A stretch of 64,000 nt of DNA from Camelus dromedarius (Eukaryota), in NCBI RefSeq assembly GCF_036321535.1, contig NC_087437.1:40488001-40552000 (forward strand). The letters run 5' to 3'. Of this stretch, positions 26,822-41,859 are shown piece by piece. The translations under genes and the position numbers were made by a program. A model generated the notes under the pieces. That model did no database searches. It had not been told where the DNA came from and saw nothing but the letters and a program-made list of their open reading frames with translations. Position 1 is the first letter of the stretch, and each line of letters begins with the position of its first letter.

Positions 26822-27245
26822 AGCTATGCTTTGGGTGGATGCTCCTGTGGAAAGTGATATCTCAGATTAGCGTGCAGGACGTTTTTTCAGGAGTGCTCTT
26901 GGGATTGATGATTATGGAAGAGACGGGAAGGGAAGGAAGCAGGCTTAGGTAGAAAAAAATCCAGATGCTGTGAAGTCTCAACAGAAACCTCAGTTGACCC
27001 TCCAGGGAATTCTGAAGATGAGTTGACACTTGAGAGCCTTTCTGAGTCACATCTAGGACCTTTGTACCCACCTTGAATCAGTCATTGGGGTTTGACCATA
27101 AGGGAGGAGTCATATCTCTGAAAGAGGCTGACGGCTGGGGTTGTCTACTGGTAGCACTCCCAGGAGCTAGTGTAATAAATGATCCATTGCTAATGGGGGA
27201 TTCTGGAGGTGAGGGAGGGGGAGGTTAGAGCACAGCATGCACCAC
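26822..27245 (-). mobile_element. LTR33-like ERVL LTR
   Basis: gattagcgtgcagga...ggagtgctcttgggat...ctcagttgaccc...cacagcatgcaccac resembles the antisense LTR33 consensus. Confidence 0.55.
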
Positions 27246-29200
27246 GTGTCATTAGGAGACGTGGATTTGAATATATATTCTGTTTCCTAACTGTGAGACT
27301 CCAGCAAATATTCATTTGTGCTGTGCTTTTAAAATCTGTAAAATAGGATTAATTTGTCTAGTTTGACAGTTCTTGTGAAGATCGTATAAGATAAAAACTT
27401 AGTTCAAATATCTGAAACACACTGAATATTCCATACATGTTTATAGGCTAAGGAAACATAAACAGTGATATTTTCTTGTCAAAAGTGCACTTTCTAGAAG
27501 ATGAGTTTCTCCTAGAAAATACTTCTTCCACATTCAGTTAAGTAGTATTTGAATCCCTATTATGTTATGTGAATGTATTAAAAAGGCCAAGAATTTTTGT
27601 CTTTCAGTTGTTTATAATTTAATTGAGGATGTGTGTATATAATTAGTTGAAAACAAAAGATGGACATAAGATACATGTTGGACAAGCATAGTGTGGGTGA
27701 AAAAGGTTTGATGGGGGTTGATGTTGAATAGCCAGTTAAAGAGAGATCCCCACCTCCCTCTGTAAACTGAGCCTTAAACTGAGGAACTCAGGAACATAAT
27801 GCATACAAACAGTCAATCTTACTTTTAAGATTAAAACTTGGATCACCAAGGTCTTATGTGTGGGGGTTGTGAGTAAACCAGATGTCTGTAACAGAGTCAG
27901 TGTCAGGAATGGCAAGGATCAGATTGAGAACAGAAAGTGGAACCAGTTTATCAAGAGTCTTAAATACTACACAGAGAGCTGGGATTACAGATTTAGGAGA
28001 CCCTTATATAGAGATAATAGTTAAAACATTGAATGTGAATTAACTTTCAGAAAGAGAGAGACATAGAATGAATATGAGAGAGGGCGTGAAGAGTGTCTTG
28101 TGATTGAAGTGTTCAGAATAGTAGAAAGGGAGCCAGGGAAGCATATTGTCATGAAAGCCAAGGAAGAATGCCTCTAAGAGGCAGGGACAGAAAACCATGA
28201 GATGCTCAGAAAGAGAATGATTATCAAGAAAAAGCTATTCAGTTTCTATGTTTGACTTACTACTTCTATAAGGTCACTAAAGATTGCAGTTTTAACATTT
28301 TCGCAGATGACTAAAAATTTTAATCCCTTATTTCTTACTCTGTGTTCTAGGTTCCAACTATGCACGTCTGTTCACACAGTTCCTTACAGTTCCTTTTTTT
28401 TTTCTTCAACAAATATTTATCGAATGCCCATTCTCTGCTAGACACTATATTGGCCACTAGGAATATAATGAACAAAACAAAATTCCTACTTTCAAGTTTA
28501 CATTCTAGCTGGGGTAGACAGTGGACTAGTAACATTGGTTTAACTGTCCAGGTAGAAGAGGTAGTCGGAGAGGCAGCTGGGGCAGTTCACACAGGGCCTT
28601 GTAGACCCTGCTAGGGACTTTGGATTTTATTCTGCATGAGAGGGGGGAAAGGCATTTGAAGAGTTTAAAACAAAGGAAAGTCATAGTGCTTATTGAAAAA
28701 ACACACACAGAGGAAAAACATGAACTACATTAATTTAATACACATTTATGTCTATTTCTTCCATTTTGGGGGTGTCTGCCTTAAAATATGAATCCTATTT
28801 TAAAACCAATTTTGGCAAATCACAGTTCATTTGGAAAAAAGTGAAAATGAAGGCATGAAATCAAAAAATCATTCCATACAAAGAATGATTGACAGTCTCA
28901 TGGGTGTTTAATCTGTGGAAGTCAGGGCTGAGGAAAAGGACATGACTGATCTTTGTCAAATTTTTGAATGGCCATCTCTTGGATGAAAGTAGAAGGGTAG
29001 GGGAGATGGAGCACTAGGGATTGGAATAGATTTCAATTAAATGTAATGCAGAAGCTTATCAACAATGGAATTATTTGTGGATTGTAATGCCTCACAAAAG
29101 AGCAAGCTTGTGATAACTAACATTAAAGCAAAAGTGAGACTGCTGTCTGTTAGAGCAGTTAGGGTGGGCTTCCTGAATGAAGAGGGGAGATTGAATAAGG

Positions 29201-30707
29201 TTTTTCTTTCCTTTTTGAGCAAAGGTAGATTTATTTAGAGAAATACATACTGCATAGAGTATAGGCTGTTTCAGAAGGCGAGAGAAAGACCACAAAGTGT
29301 GGGGGTTGGGTGTTCAGGTTAAAGTAAAAGTAGATACACACTCCATAGACAGACTGTGGGCAGTCTCCAAAGATGAGGGAGCGAGAGAGGGGGCCATGAG
29401 GCAGTGTTGCCAGTTTTTATGGGGTCAAGTAGCTTCACATGCAAACATGGGGGAGGACCATTCCAACTACCCCGAGGAAAGGGCTGGGATTCCCAGGAAT
29501 TGGGCCACCACCCACTCTTTGGCCTTTTATGGTCAGCCTTGAAGCTGTCATGGCGCCTGTGGCAGTGTCATTTACTATGTTAATATTACAATGGGCATAT
29601 AATGAAGCTCAAGGTCTATTGGAAGTCAAATCTCCCGCCATCTTGAACCTCAAGGCCTACTGAGAGTTGAATCTTCGATCATTTTGGTGTTAATTGCTGT
29701 GTCATTCCTTGAATGACTGTGCCCTGCCCCCTTGCCTCCTGTCTCATCCCCCCTCAGAGATTTTACTCCCATAATCTTATGGGGGTGCAGAGGGGTGTGA
29801 TGGTCCGTCATCTGAAACTACTTCAGGGCTGGGTAGGGGCGTTGACCCTGCCTATCAGGGAGTGAAAAATCTCTGAATGCCTAATCTAGGGTTCCCAGGG
29901 GCAGGACAGCCTTTTGTTTTTGCGTCAGAGGGTGGTATGGGCTGGAATCCTCGCACAGCCGTCTTCTGATGTGAGACTGTTGTAACCCACTGTTTCCTTA
30001 GACCTCTGATGAGTCTTCTTAAAGATGAAGCACCTTTGTAACAGCAGTTCAACTGTCTATAACGACTAAAGATTTAAAAGGCCTGGTTAAACACCAACCA
30101 GGTTGCCAATTACTTGCCACGTGGTCTTAATTTAGATGTCCAAGTGGTCTCCTTGGTGGATCTTCTTGAGTCTGAAGAGAGAGAGCGATAGGGGAGAGAA
30201 TGAGAAAAGATCGAGGAGAGAAAAGCCTTCGGCTCGGTGGGCTTCTTCACGGCTAAAGAGCTGGCCTCAGCGTCAGCCGCCACCTAAAGGGCTACTTGAA
30301 TCTCCCCAAGAGAGGGCAGCTGTAGCCCAATAGGTGGATCGAGATTATGCCCTTTGAGCCCCATCTCTTTAATTAAACGCCCCATGCCAGAGAGGTGATA
30401 CAGGAAAAACGAATGTGGGGCGTGAGGAGGGCTGTGTCCCAGGTCTTGGTTAAGCCCCTGGGACGTGCCCCGCCAAGTGTGGATCCTTGGCTTCGCGCAG
30501 GAAAGAATTCAAGAGCGAGCCACAGTTGAGTAAAGGTAGATTTATTTAGAGAGATGCATACTATATAGAGTGTAGGCTGTTTCAAAATGTGAGAGAAAGG
30601 CCACAAGATGTCGGGGCTGGGTGCTCCGGTTTAAAATAAAAGTAGATACACACTCCATAGACAGAATGCGGGCTGTTTCCAAAGATGAGGGAGTAAGAGA
30701 GGCAGCC
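29201..30707 (-). mobile_element. Retroposed (processed) ERV transcript: R-U5-internal-PPT-U3-R-poly(A)
   Basis: R duplicated at 29215-29395 and 30526-30707; LTR start TG at 29746 preceded by PPT GAGGGGGGA; LTR end CA at 30396; AATAAA at 29235-29230, then an A-rich tail 29216-29201; flanking repeat T(G/T)AATAAGGTTT(T/C)T. Confidence 0.85.
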
Positions 30708-30937
30708 TTAATAAGGTTTCTCATAAATTCATTATTTTTATTTTTAAGCATTATTTAACGTTGATATTTTATTTTTTGCCTTACAGAGATAGTTTACTGT
30801 AAGCAACACATGTTGATGCATACACAAAGTAGCGCAAGTCCATCAGATTGTCAGGCATCTACAGATTACAGACCTTAGGTATTATAGAGCCTTATATTAG
30901 TTTTAGTCACTAACTTAAAACTCCTTTTCTTTTTCAG

Positions 30938-31059
30938 AGATATCATGATAACTCATTTTGAACCTTCAATCTCCTTTGAGGGCCTTTGCAATGAGGTTCG
31001 AGACATGTGTTCTTTTGACAATGAACAGCTTTTCACCATGAAGTGGATAGATGAGGAAG
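30938..31059 (+). CDS. PRKCI: PRKCI exon 2 (PB1 domain)
   Basis: ttttcag|[51 protein letters not shown]|gtgagt. Confidence 0.97.
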
Positions 31060-31811
31060 GTGAGTGGTAAAGAGAGGACTGCCTATATTAACTTTTGATT
31101 TAAGATACTATTATGTCATTTTGTTTTTAAAATATAGTAGAAGTCCTAATTAATTTAAGGAGGGAAAGAAATTTATTGCCATTCTTATGTAGTGTTTAAA
31201 AGAGGACCAAAGAGAACAACTTTGCTCTTTTTACCCTCAAATAGAGTGAAATTAACACGACTTTTTTCCAGCAGTAAGGTAAACATCCTATCAAATAGCG
31301 TTACATTTTAGTTTAATTTTGAATATGTGTTGTCTTTTATTTTAGGAGCTTACTTTCAATAATTTGACAGTATTTTTCACTGGAAAATACTTTAAAGGAA
31401 AGTTCTTTAAAGAAAATATTTTTAGTATAAAAGTGTGACACCCATTATCTTAAAGGTAGTGGCAGAATCATAATACCTTAGTGACTTGGATGCAGAAAAC
31501 ATTTATTGAATATCTATGTGCTGAGGATAGATATCTTCTAGCCTCAAATTCATAGTTTCATAAGGAGACAGACATGTGAATAAGAAATTTGACAGTTGAA
31601 CCTCGGGATACAAAAGAACAGCATCCACATATGCCTGAAATACCTGCAAAGTTGAACTAAGCTTGTAACAAAGAGTGAAAGTTTTTGAAGTGGAATAGGT
31701 GAGGGGAAAACCATTTACAAGGAAGAAGATGATGTAAAAAGGCACAGAGGTATGAAGAATATGGTGTGTAAGGACTGGAGCAGTAATTCATGGAATCTAA
31801 AGTATGAGGAG

Positions 31812-32799
<988 letters not shown>

Positions 32800-32829
32800 A
32801 AGTATGGAGAGTGGTGAGGAGCTTGGGCT

Positions 32830-32975
32830 AGATTCTTGCTACTCAAAATTTCATCTTTGGAACTTAATAGAAAAGGGGGCTCTCAGGCCCCATCACAGAC
32901 TACTGAAACAGAATCTGCATTTTTACAGGATCTGCAGGTGAGTTGCATGACTATTAAAGTTTGAGAAGCATAGGA
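32830..32975. mobile_element. MER5A-like hAT fossil (a similar copy lies at ~9110-9215)
   Basis: ctcaggcccc...ctactgaaacagaatctgcattttt...aaagtttgagaagca. Confidence 0.65.
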
Positions 32976-35900
32976 CTAAGTCCCAGAAGGCTTTGCAAAC
33001 CACATTATACTTAATTTTATATGATGGAATGTCATTTAGGTATAGTTAAAAGATACCCTAGGTATACTACTTCTGTATAATGGTTTTCTATTAATTGTAA
33101 TACCAATGGGATTTCATTTTAAGGAAATGTCATAACATTTAGCTCAATACTTGGGGCCATTTCTGTGTTCCCTGATATGAAGAACCTTGGAAAGATATTC
33201 CAGCTTCAAGCTCTTGGTGAACTCAAACCCATTTCCATTTTTAAAGACACTTAAAAAAGTTCATCTAAGGTAATCCATGTTCATTATTTGGGGGAAAAAT
33301 AATAGAGATGATTATGAAATTTAAAAAGAAGTCTTCTGTTTGCTCTTTCTCCTTTCTCCGTCTCCAATTCTAATCCTAAAGGAGGAAACCACTGGTAACA
33401 GCTTAATATATATAATCCTTCTACATATATTCCGTACATATACAGTCTTGTTTCTGTACATTATAAGCATACTTGTTTTCACAAAGAAAGAACTGTATAT
33501 CATATATAAACCATCAAGCAATATTTTCCTTTTACCTTGTGTATTGGACATTTTTTCATTTCAATGTACATCAATTTATATCATTACTTTTTATGATTTA
33601 TTTAATCCCTTATTGATAGGCATTTGGAGTTTCCTTTTTTTTTTTGCTACTATAAGCAGTATATAATGAACAGTTTTATATATAATTTTGTTCTATCATG
33701 TGGGACTCTCTGTGCAGCAAATGTGCAGAATATGCACATGTTAAATTTTAGTAGCTAGTGATAATTTGCTATCTAAGAAAGTTAAACCAGTTTATGGCAC
33801 AGCTACGTTGAATGGGAGCATCCCTTCACTCTGGCCCTCACCAGCCTCAGATATTATGTGTCCTTGATGTTTTTTGGAATCTAATAAAGTGAAATGCTAG
33901 CTTTGTATTTTAAATTTTGTACTATTTTAAGAGTAAGACTGAGTATCTTCATCTATTCCAACAACTTTTGACCTACTCTGTCACAGGTTTGTTTAATTAT
34001 TATTAATTAAAAGTGGTGTGGATATTTCACAGTATGTCTTCAGCCTGAAAATGAGACTATATAATTTAACACAGTGCATGGAATATAGTTAGCATTGATT
34101 AACTGATTCTTATCATGAGCCAATGTTATTCTCATTTTAATCCTGTCCTGATGATTTCATGTCATTTGTTTACCTCTTAAGGATTTTTTCATCCAGTGGT
34201 TTTCAGACTGTTAGTGCACATAGGAATCATTAGAGAGTGCATTTTGTTAAAAGAAATTGGTTTAGAGACAAGCCATTAAACTTTTTTATAGTACCATTAT
34301 CCTCTGTATTGTCTTTGCCTGGAGAGTTCTGTTCCCACATTGTCACATGGCTGTCTCTTTCTTGTCATTCAGGTCTTAACTCAAATGTCATGTTCTCCAG
34401 TATTCACTTTGTATCGTATTTGTATGGTAGGATGTGAACTCCATGAGAGCCGGCATCTTGTCTTTTCTGTGGAGTTCTGGTACCTGGAGCAATACTCAAT
34501 ATTGGTATGTTCAAAAGATACTTGTGCATTGTACCAAAGGGTGGTAACAAGCCTTTCCACAGTTCGTTTTATGTCGGTTATTAAAGATTTAAGCGTTGGG
34601 AATTGCAGTTTATTCTTTTTTTTCTTAACCTAATAGTTTATTTTAATTAACAGATTCACATAGTAAATTAATTTAATTCTCTGGTGAAACAGTCTTATCC
34701 GTTTATAGTGCAACTCATAGCTCCTTCTCTCTAAGTAGCTGTTAAGTGTCCTAATTTTTCTGGGGAAAACTATAAAGCTGTAGCCTTTGCCTCATTCACG
34801 TAAAAAGGTGAAACTTTTCATTAAGGTCCGTTGATTCCCACGGGATCCCTCTTCCCGTGTTAATTCTGATACCAGTCTTTTCTTAATGTTAGGCATACAG
34901 AGCCAGTAGTAATTATTTTTAAGTTCCTTGCAATTATTTTTCAGTTGTAATTTTTCATCCTTATTTTTAGTCACGTAGGCATTAGGGCATGCTTATATGG
35001 AGGAGAAATTTTCTCTTGGGATCAGTGGAAGACAGGACTATAATTTGATTTCTCTGATTTATGAGAAAGAAACGTTCTAGAAGCTAAACATTTAATTGTA
35101 GGATTTTATATTAGAGCAAATAAAAATCATAAGCTTACTTCACTTCTTTCAACAGATTTATGACAACCGCTCTTTTTCTTTTTGTTCAAAACCAGTTTTA
35201 TGGATTTGTTTTGATGTGCCTGTGGAAAAACTGGTTTGTTTAACCTAACTAAACATTTTAGGTGAATAGTAATTTTGTAACAATCATATCCAGTTCTCAT
35301 ATGCAGTGAGAGAGTGTGGGGCAGAGAATGGTAAATGTGACTTTTTAGTTCATCATATTTTAATTGTGACTTTTTCCTTAAGGATGTACTTTTAAAATTT
35401 ACAACCTAAGTATTTTCTAAATTTCTAATTCTGTAAATTTCTAATTTATTCAGGATCTGTTTGCCTGGTTTAAAACTGTGTTTCTATTCTGTCACTTTTA
35501 GTAGAAACTGGCTGTTGGGTACTTTGTTTCTTATTAAAGTTTTTATTGAGAATAATGCATGCTTGTTAAAAATACTGATTTATTTGAAGGAAAAAGTATC
35601 TCTGGGTATTTTCGGATCCTCAGAAATTGCTGCTGTGAGCAAATTGATGTCTTTTCCTGTGAATATAGAATTGGAAGGGATAGTGTAACGATTTTTTTTT
35701 TTGATCTTACAAATAGACTAATATTATACAAGTTGTTATTTAACCTGCTCTTTCACTTCCCATTTTGTAGATATCTTTCCCTATCAGTGCATGTCGATTT
35801 ACCTTTTCCTCTTAAAGGCTGTGTAATATTGTATGACAATGTTACATCAGTATTTCCTAAACTAATTCTGTTTTGATGGAGATTTGTATTGTTGGCAGTT

Positions 35901-36659
35901 TAACTATGAAAAATATTGATGCAGAGAATATCTTTCTGCATATATTTCAGGGGCACCTGTACTGTATTATCTTTAGAGTAAATTCCGTGAAATGGAATAT
36001 GTCCTTGGTGATAAGTGATACCAAATTTTCCAAAAATGTATCCCTTATTACACTTTCACCAATACCATTTGTGAATTTTTTTTTCACACCCTGCAAAAGA
36101 TGTGTGGGAAAAAGTTTAAAATGTAGGTGATTTGCAGAGAATGGGAAAGGGTATTATTTGGATATAGTTCTTTAATTCATGTCCTGTTGACTTTAATAGG
36201 TGAGATTCATGGAAATTTAAAATGAGTGTAAACATTCTTTGACATGGAGTATGGAGTGTTTCAGGATTCTAGGAGGTTAAACTTCCTGACTTGCAGTGTA
36301 TAACCTGATGTGTGTTCGCTGGGGGTAAATAGAGTACCAAGATGTAAAAAACCATGTTTAGGATGGTAAGAACCGTATTTCTCTTATGTGATATTTTCCA
36401 AACATATTTAGGCTGGTGTAATTTTAGCTGGTGTGTTAAGAACTAAAATAGTAAATCATTCTTCATACTTTTTCTAACACCCAACGCTATATACTTACAA
36501 TGGTAATCATGTCAGAAAAAAACAGTGAGGGGAAAACTTTTTGACTGAATGTATGTTCAGTGTAACTTCAGTTACTTAGATAGCAGTGTTGTGGCTCCAA
36601 ACCTGAAAATTCAAAAATGAAAATCAGCATCAATAAGAAAAAATACCCGAGTACCTCTG

Positions 36660-37345
36660 AGCAGATCTTACTTTGTAACTGGTTTTTGCCTTCTGCTTGA
36701 AAACTCCTTTAACATTTCTTGTGGTGGAAGTTCACAGGTAATGAATTCTTTTAGCTTTTTCATGTCTTTATTTCACCTTAAAAACATTGCTTTATTGAGA
36801 TATAATTAACATACAAATAAACTGTACATATGAAGAGTGTACTATTTGATGAGTTTTGACACCCAGGAAACAATTACCACAAGCAAGGCAGAGAACATAT
36901 CTTTTCCCCCCAAAATGTTTCCTTGCACTTTGTGGTTCCTTACTCCTGCCCCTCCATCTCAGGCGACTACTGATCTGCTTTCTGTCCCTATAGATTAGTT
37001 TACATTTTCTTGAGTTTTGTAGGAATGGAATCATACAACATGTACTCTATTTTTTGGTCTGGCTTCTTTCACTCGGCTTAATTATTGATACATGTGTGTA
37101 TCAGTAGTTCATTTCGTTTTATTGCTGAGTGGTATTCCATCATGTGGATATACCACAACTTGTTTATCCATTCATCTGTTGATGGACATTGAGGTTGTTT
37201 CTAGTTTGGGCCTATTATAAATAAAAGTGCTGTGGCAATCATGTATAATAAGCCTTTGTTGGATGTATATTTCCTTTTCTCTTGGGTAAATACTTAGAAG
37301 TGGAATGGCTGGATGATATGGTAGGTATATATGCTTGCTTTTTAT
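36660..37345 (-). mobile_element. L1ME-like fragments
   Basis: gctttattgagatataattaacatac...ggaatcatacaacatg...gttgatggacatt...gtggaatggctggatgatatggtagg. Confidence 0.75.
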
Positions 37346-40300
37346 AAAGTAGGAAAAGAAAAATTTGAAAAGGAGACAAAATGGGATACTGCACTCCAGG
37401 CATAGTCTCAGGCAGGTAGTTTTGAGAAAGGATTTCATATGAAAGTTGAAGATCTGGAAATTGATACCTTTTAAAAACTGTCTATGCCTAGTAGTCCCTG
37501 GAAAGTCTTCATATTCTCCCTGGGGTAGAGGACCCCATGAGAAGAAAACTGACTTAAAGAAGTCCTCAAGCACTTCTCTTAGTTCTGGCCTCCACCCCAA
37601 CTCCATGCTCCAAATATTCTGCTCAGTGAATTCTGGTTGCTACCATTTATACACCAGGCTGTAGTGATGCCAGAGAGGTAAAGGGATCAGACTGCGGTCC
37701 ACCTGGGAGAAACCCATTGGAGTGGTGGGTGGGGGTGTGTTAGGAAATGAAGCAGGAGAGGCCATAGGAGCCCAGTAGGTCATCACGACTCCCAGACATA
37801 CTCTGGTCTCTAGGAAGGTCTGTCCTTGTTGGCAGTCCCATCTCTAGTTGCATTGTCTTCCTTCCCTCTCTAAGAGCCAGCTACTATCATAGGATAAATC
37901 CATAATCTTAACTGTTTTCTCACTCTCACCCCTCCATCCACAAGCAACCACTAATCTGTCACTATTCTATACATATAAATGACATAGTGTTTTTAAGGTA
38001 CTTTTAAATTCATATCAGTGACATGATTCAGCACATATTCTGAAACTTCCTCTTTTTTTGCTGAATCTTATGTCTTGAGATCTATTCATGTATTAATGTA
38101 AGGAGTGCATTAGTTTTCTTCGTGTTTCTTGTCACGAGATTAGTTGATCTTCTTGGATTGATGTTTAAAGTTTTCATCAAATTTGGAAAAATTTTGGCCA
38201 TTATCTTTAATTTTTTTTCTGTCACCAGATTCCTCTTTGAAGAACGCTAGTTACATGTGTATAGGCTTCTTGAATTTGTCATAAATCTCACTAATGCTCT
38301 GTTCTTTTATTTTTTCTCTTTCAGCCTTATGCATTTCATTTTATATGGTTTTATTGCTGTTCACTAATCTTTTCTTCTGCAAAGTCTAATCTGCCATGAA
38401 TTCCCTTGAGAGTGTTTTTCATTTCAGATGTTGTAACATTATTTCTAGACATTAAATTTGGGTCTTTTAAAATATCTTCCAGGTTTTCTTAACTTACTCA
38501 ATACCCCTAGCTTTTGAATGTATTGAATATAATTATAATAACTCTTTTAATGTCCATGTCTACAAGTTCTTTTATTGGTGTCAATTTGGGGGTCAGTTTC
38601 AGTTGATGGATTTTTTTTCCTGTTATGGGTCATATTTTCCTGCTTCTTCACATGCCTGGTTATATTTTATTGGATCCTGGACATTGTGATTTTTGCCTTA
38701 TTAGATATTGAATATAGTTATATTTATATTTATATTTATATAGATAGATATATTTGAACTTTTTTCTGGGATGCATTTAAGTTACTTGGAAACAGTTGAT
38801 CTTTCACTGCTTGATTTCCAATACTTGAACCATTTTTTCATTTATTTTGTTTAGTTTTTCTGCTGTTTTAGGTGGAGGGTTAAATCCAATTCCTGTTAGT
38901 TTGTCTTCTCCAGAAATGGAAGCTGAGGATGGGCAGCTTGTTAGGATAGCATATGCTTCTGTAACCACTGAATTCCACTTTCCAGAGAAAGGAAGCAAGC
39001 CAGAAATCCATTACTATTTGTGATTGAGCCTAATATTGAAAGGATGACCACCTAAACACCATAGCATTGTAAAAATTTTGGAAAATCTACATCTTAATCA
39101 ATGCAACCCGTTAGAATAGGAAGTGCTGTGACTTTCACAAGTGGTATATAGTGTCCTGAACCCAGTATCCAGAGGCAGGGTGGCAGTGGGAAGGTCCTGG
39201 TGGGAACAGAGAGGGAATCTGTAAATCTATGGCAGGCCCAAAGATCAGGAGAGTGTGCCGGTGCTATCTCAGGGAAGTGTTAAAGGTTGCCGACTTTGGT
39301 TGTGTTGATTCTTTAAAATGTGGGGCACTGAATTCAGCCACATGCTAAAATACGAGATAGAACTAGTGTTATATATGTGTGCCATGTTCTACACCTTGTG
39401 AGGGTATCTCATAAATAATTGGATCTTGCATATTTACCAAGCACTTTGAGGTCCACTGCTCCCATTTATTTGTTTTTATAGGTGAAAAGAAAATGTAGAT
39501 CCATTGAGAAAAAGACCAGTCCTGCTGGTTAATATACAGATTTCACTACCTCGAATTCATTGAGCTGAGCAGATCTCACTCTGGGTGTATGCCTGTTTTA
39601 GGATGTGAATTCAGACTTTAGTAATTGAGTGAGCTTTGAAAAACAGCTTTTTCTCTCATCTTTGTTTCTTGATGACTCTGCATGGAATGTTTTACTTCTG
39701 AGTTATGTGTTCTGCTTTATCAGGCATTAAGCAGTTGGCCTGAAAAGGAAATACCTGAACCAAAGACACTCAGCCAATAAAAACAAAATAGATTTGAATA
39801 TACGTAATGTTAGTGAGTAACTCTTACTTTCACACTTCCTTGTGGTTATTCAGAAGCATCAGTCTCTAGGTACATGTTGAAAACAAGTACTTGGCCCTGA
39901 CATAGGTTTCAACCAACAGCAAGCAGATACTTGTCTGGCAAAAAGACAATGTCTAACAAAAGGGAAAAATTGATTTTTTAAAATATGGTTATTCTGATAC
40001 CTTTAACAGTAGTTAATTCCATCCATGACTTTTAATCAAAGTGCAGTAATAAAAGCCACACCTGTGATGAACCAAGCGTACTATGAGTCACTTTAAATGA
40101 TCTTTAGTTTTCCCATTATCCTTGCAATATAGGTAATAGCCCTTGTTTTAACATAGGAGAAAATTGAAGCTCAAAGAAGTAATTCTGCTTAAGTTACACA
40201 AGAGAGGAGGGATCTGGAGCCTGGGAGAGAACCTGCTTGTGAAGTACTCCAGGATACCTCTTTTTGGGAGATTTTTTATACTCCTTTTTAAAGGCCTGTC

Positions 40301-41859
40301 TCAGGCATTCCCTAGGATTTTTCTTTATATGGATTTATTTTATATGACATTTATCTATATTATACACAGCCTGTAATCTCTGGCTGATTTTTTCTTTTGT
40401 TTTAGGAGCATCTAACTATCTAATTAGGTTGATGTGAATTGAGAATACAACATTTTTCTCCAGCACACACAGCTCCTTTTCTAGACCTTTGATACCTTGT
40501 CGATGCCAGCTAAGAATTTAATATTAAGTCAACTTTTCAAGTTACAAAATAAAACTTTAAAAAACTGCATCCATATTTCTATCATCTTGATGCAGAAATG
40601 TGTTTATTTTTCGTGGAGACTTGTAATATTTTCAGTGATCTTTTCTTAAGTTCATTTTATATGTATTTTGATTGTTTCCTTTGTGCTATTTTGTGTTTGT
40701 TTCTGAAGTTTCTTTTCTGTAAGATACTCCCAACCCATTGTAGATAGCATCTGATCAATTTTTGTCTCGTCTTTTCTTTTTTCTGCAATTAAGGAAATCA
40801 GGGGCCATCTTAAAGAAGAGGTTTACCTGAGGTTGCTCAGAGGGTGAGGTTGTTAAGGTTTGGGTTTTTTTGATTCATAGACTAGTGCAGTAAAATCATG
40901 CTAACTGCAGAAGTCACTTGAATTGTGGACATCACTGTTTGCTGGGTGTTGAATTTGTTCAGTCTTTTAAGGTTTTTTGGAAAAGTATGTAGAAATAGCC
41001 CATTAGGACATCAAAAACAGCCAGTGAGTGTAGAGAAAATTGGATTTAATGTTTAAATTAAAAAAAATCAAGATGTTTATAAGGCATCCATTGGTATCAT
41101 TCATGTATGGTGTACATATGTCTGTATAAATGTATATGTAGAGAGAGATACACACATACATATGTATACACATGAATGATATAATATTTCTCATTGTTTA
41201 AAAAATAGTCTGAGGTGAACTTAAATGTATTTGCCAGTGTGGACTCCATTTCCTTACCTGGAAAATTAGAAATGAAGCATTAATTATATTTCAGATTTAT
41301 TCTATTTCTAGAATTCTTTGACAAAACTGTTTATATTAATTCAGAATTAATTTAGTCAAATGGCTTATTTTTCGCCCTTTCTTTTTTAACAGTTATTTTG
41401 GTTTTCTAACTGGAAGAATAATTACACACTTACTGAAATGTGAAATTTTCATTGTTCTTTTTTATGTTGCATTTCTATTTTTAAACTTTGACCTACACTT
41501 AAATGTACTTCTGTAGAAGCAAAAGTTATTTTTTTTAAACCTGTGTCAAAAATAGGGTGTAATTATGCGACTTGCACTTTCATATATGTGGCAAATTGGG
41601 AGAAATTTGCATAACTGAGAAAGTGAATCTGTATAAAAGAATTGCTTTATTTATTTTTCCAAAGCAGTGGTACCATTTTACGTTCCCATTAGCAGTATAC
41701 GAAGATTCCAGTCTCTTTGCATCCTCACCAACACTTGTTATTATCAGTGTACTGAGTGTTGATCTAAAACTGGTCTATCTATGCAGTCTAGTTGAATCAT
41801 ATTGATCTATTTTTCATGTAGCCTCTTAAGTTATCCGTAACACTAAAACAAGTATAAAG

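Noticed and set aside
29855..30052. Possible env remnant in the ERV internal region
   Set aside because: No convincing transmembrane, ISD or CX6CC motif could be read; left unassigned.
30372..30395. Primer-binding site after U5 (minus strand CCTCTCTGGCATGGGGCG)
   Set aside because: TGG is present, but I cannot match it to a specific tRNA 3' end, so no PBS type is called.
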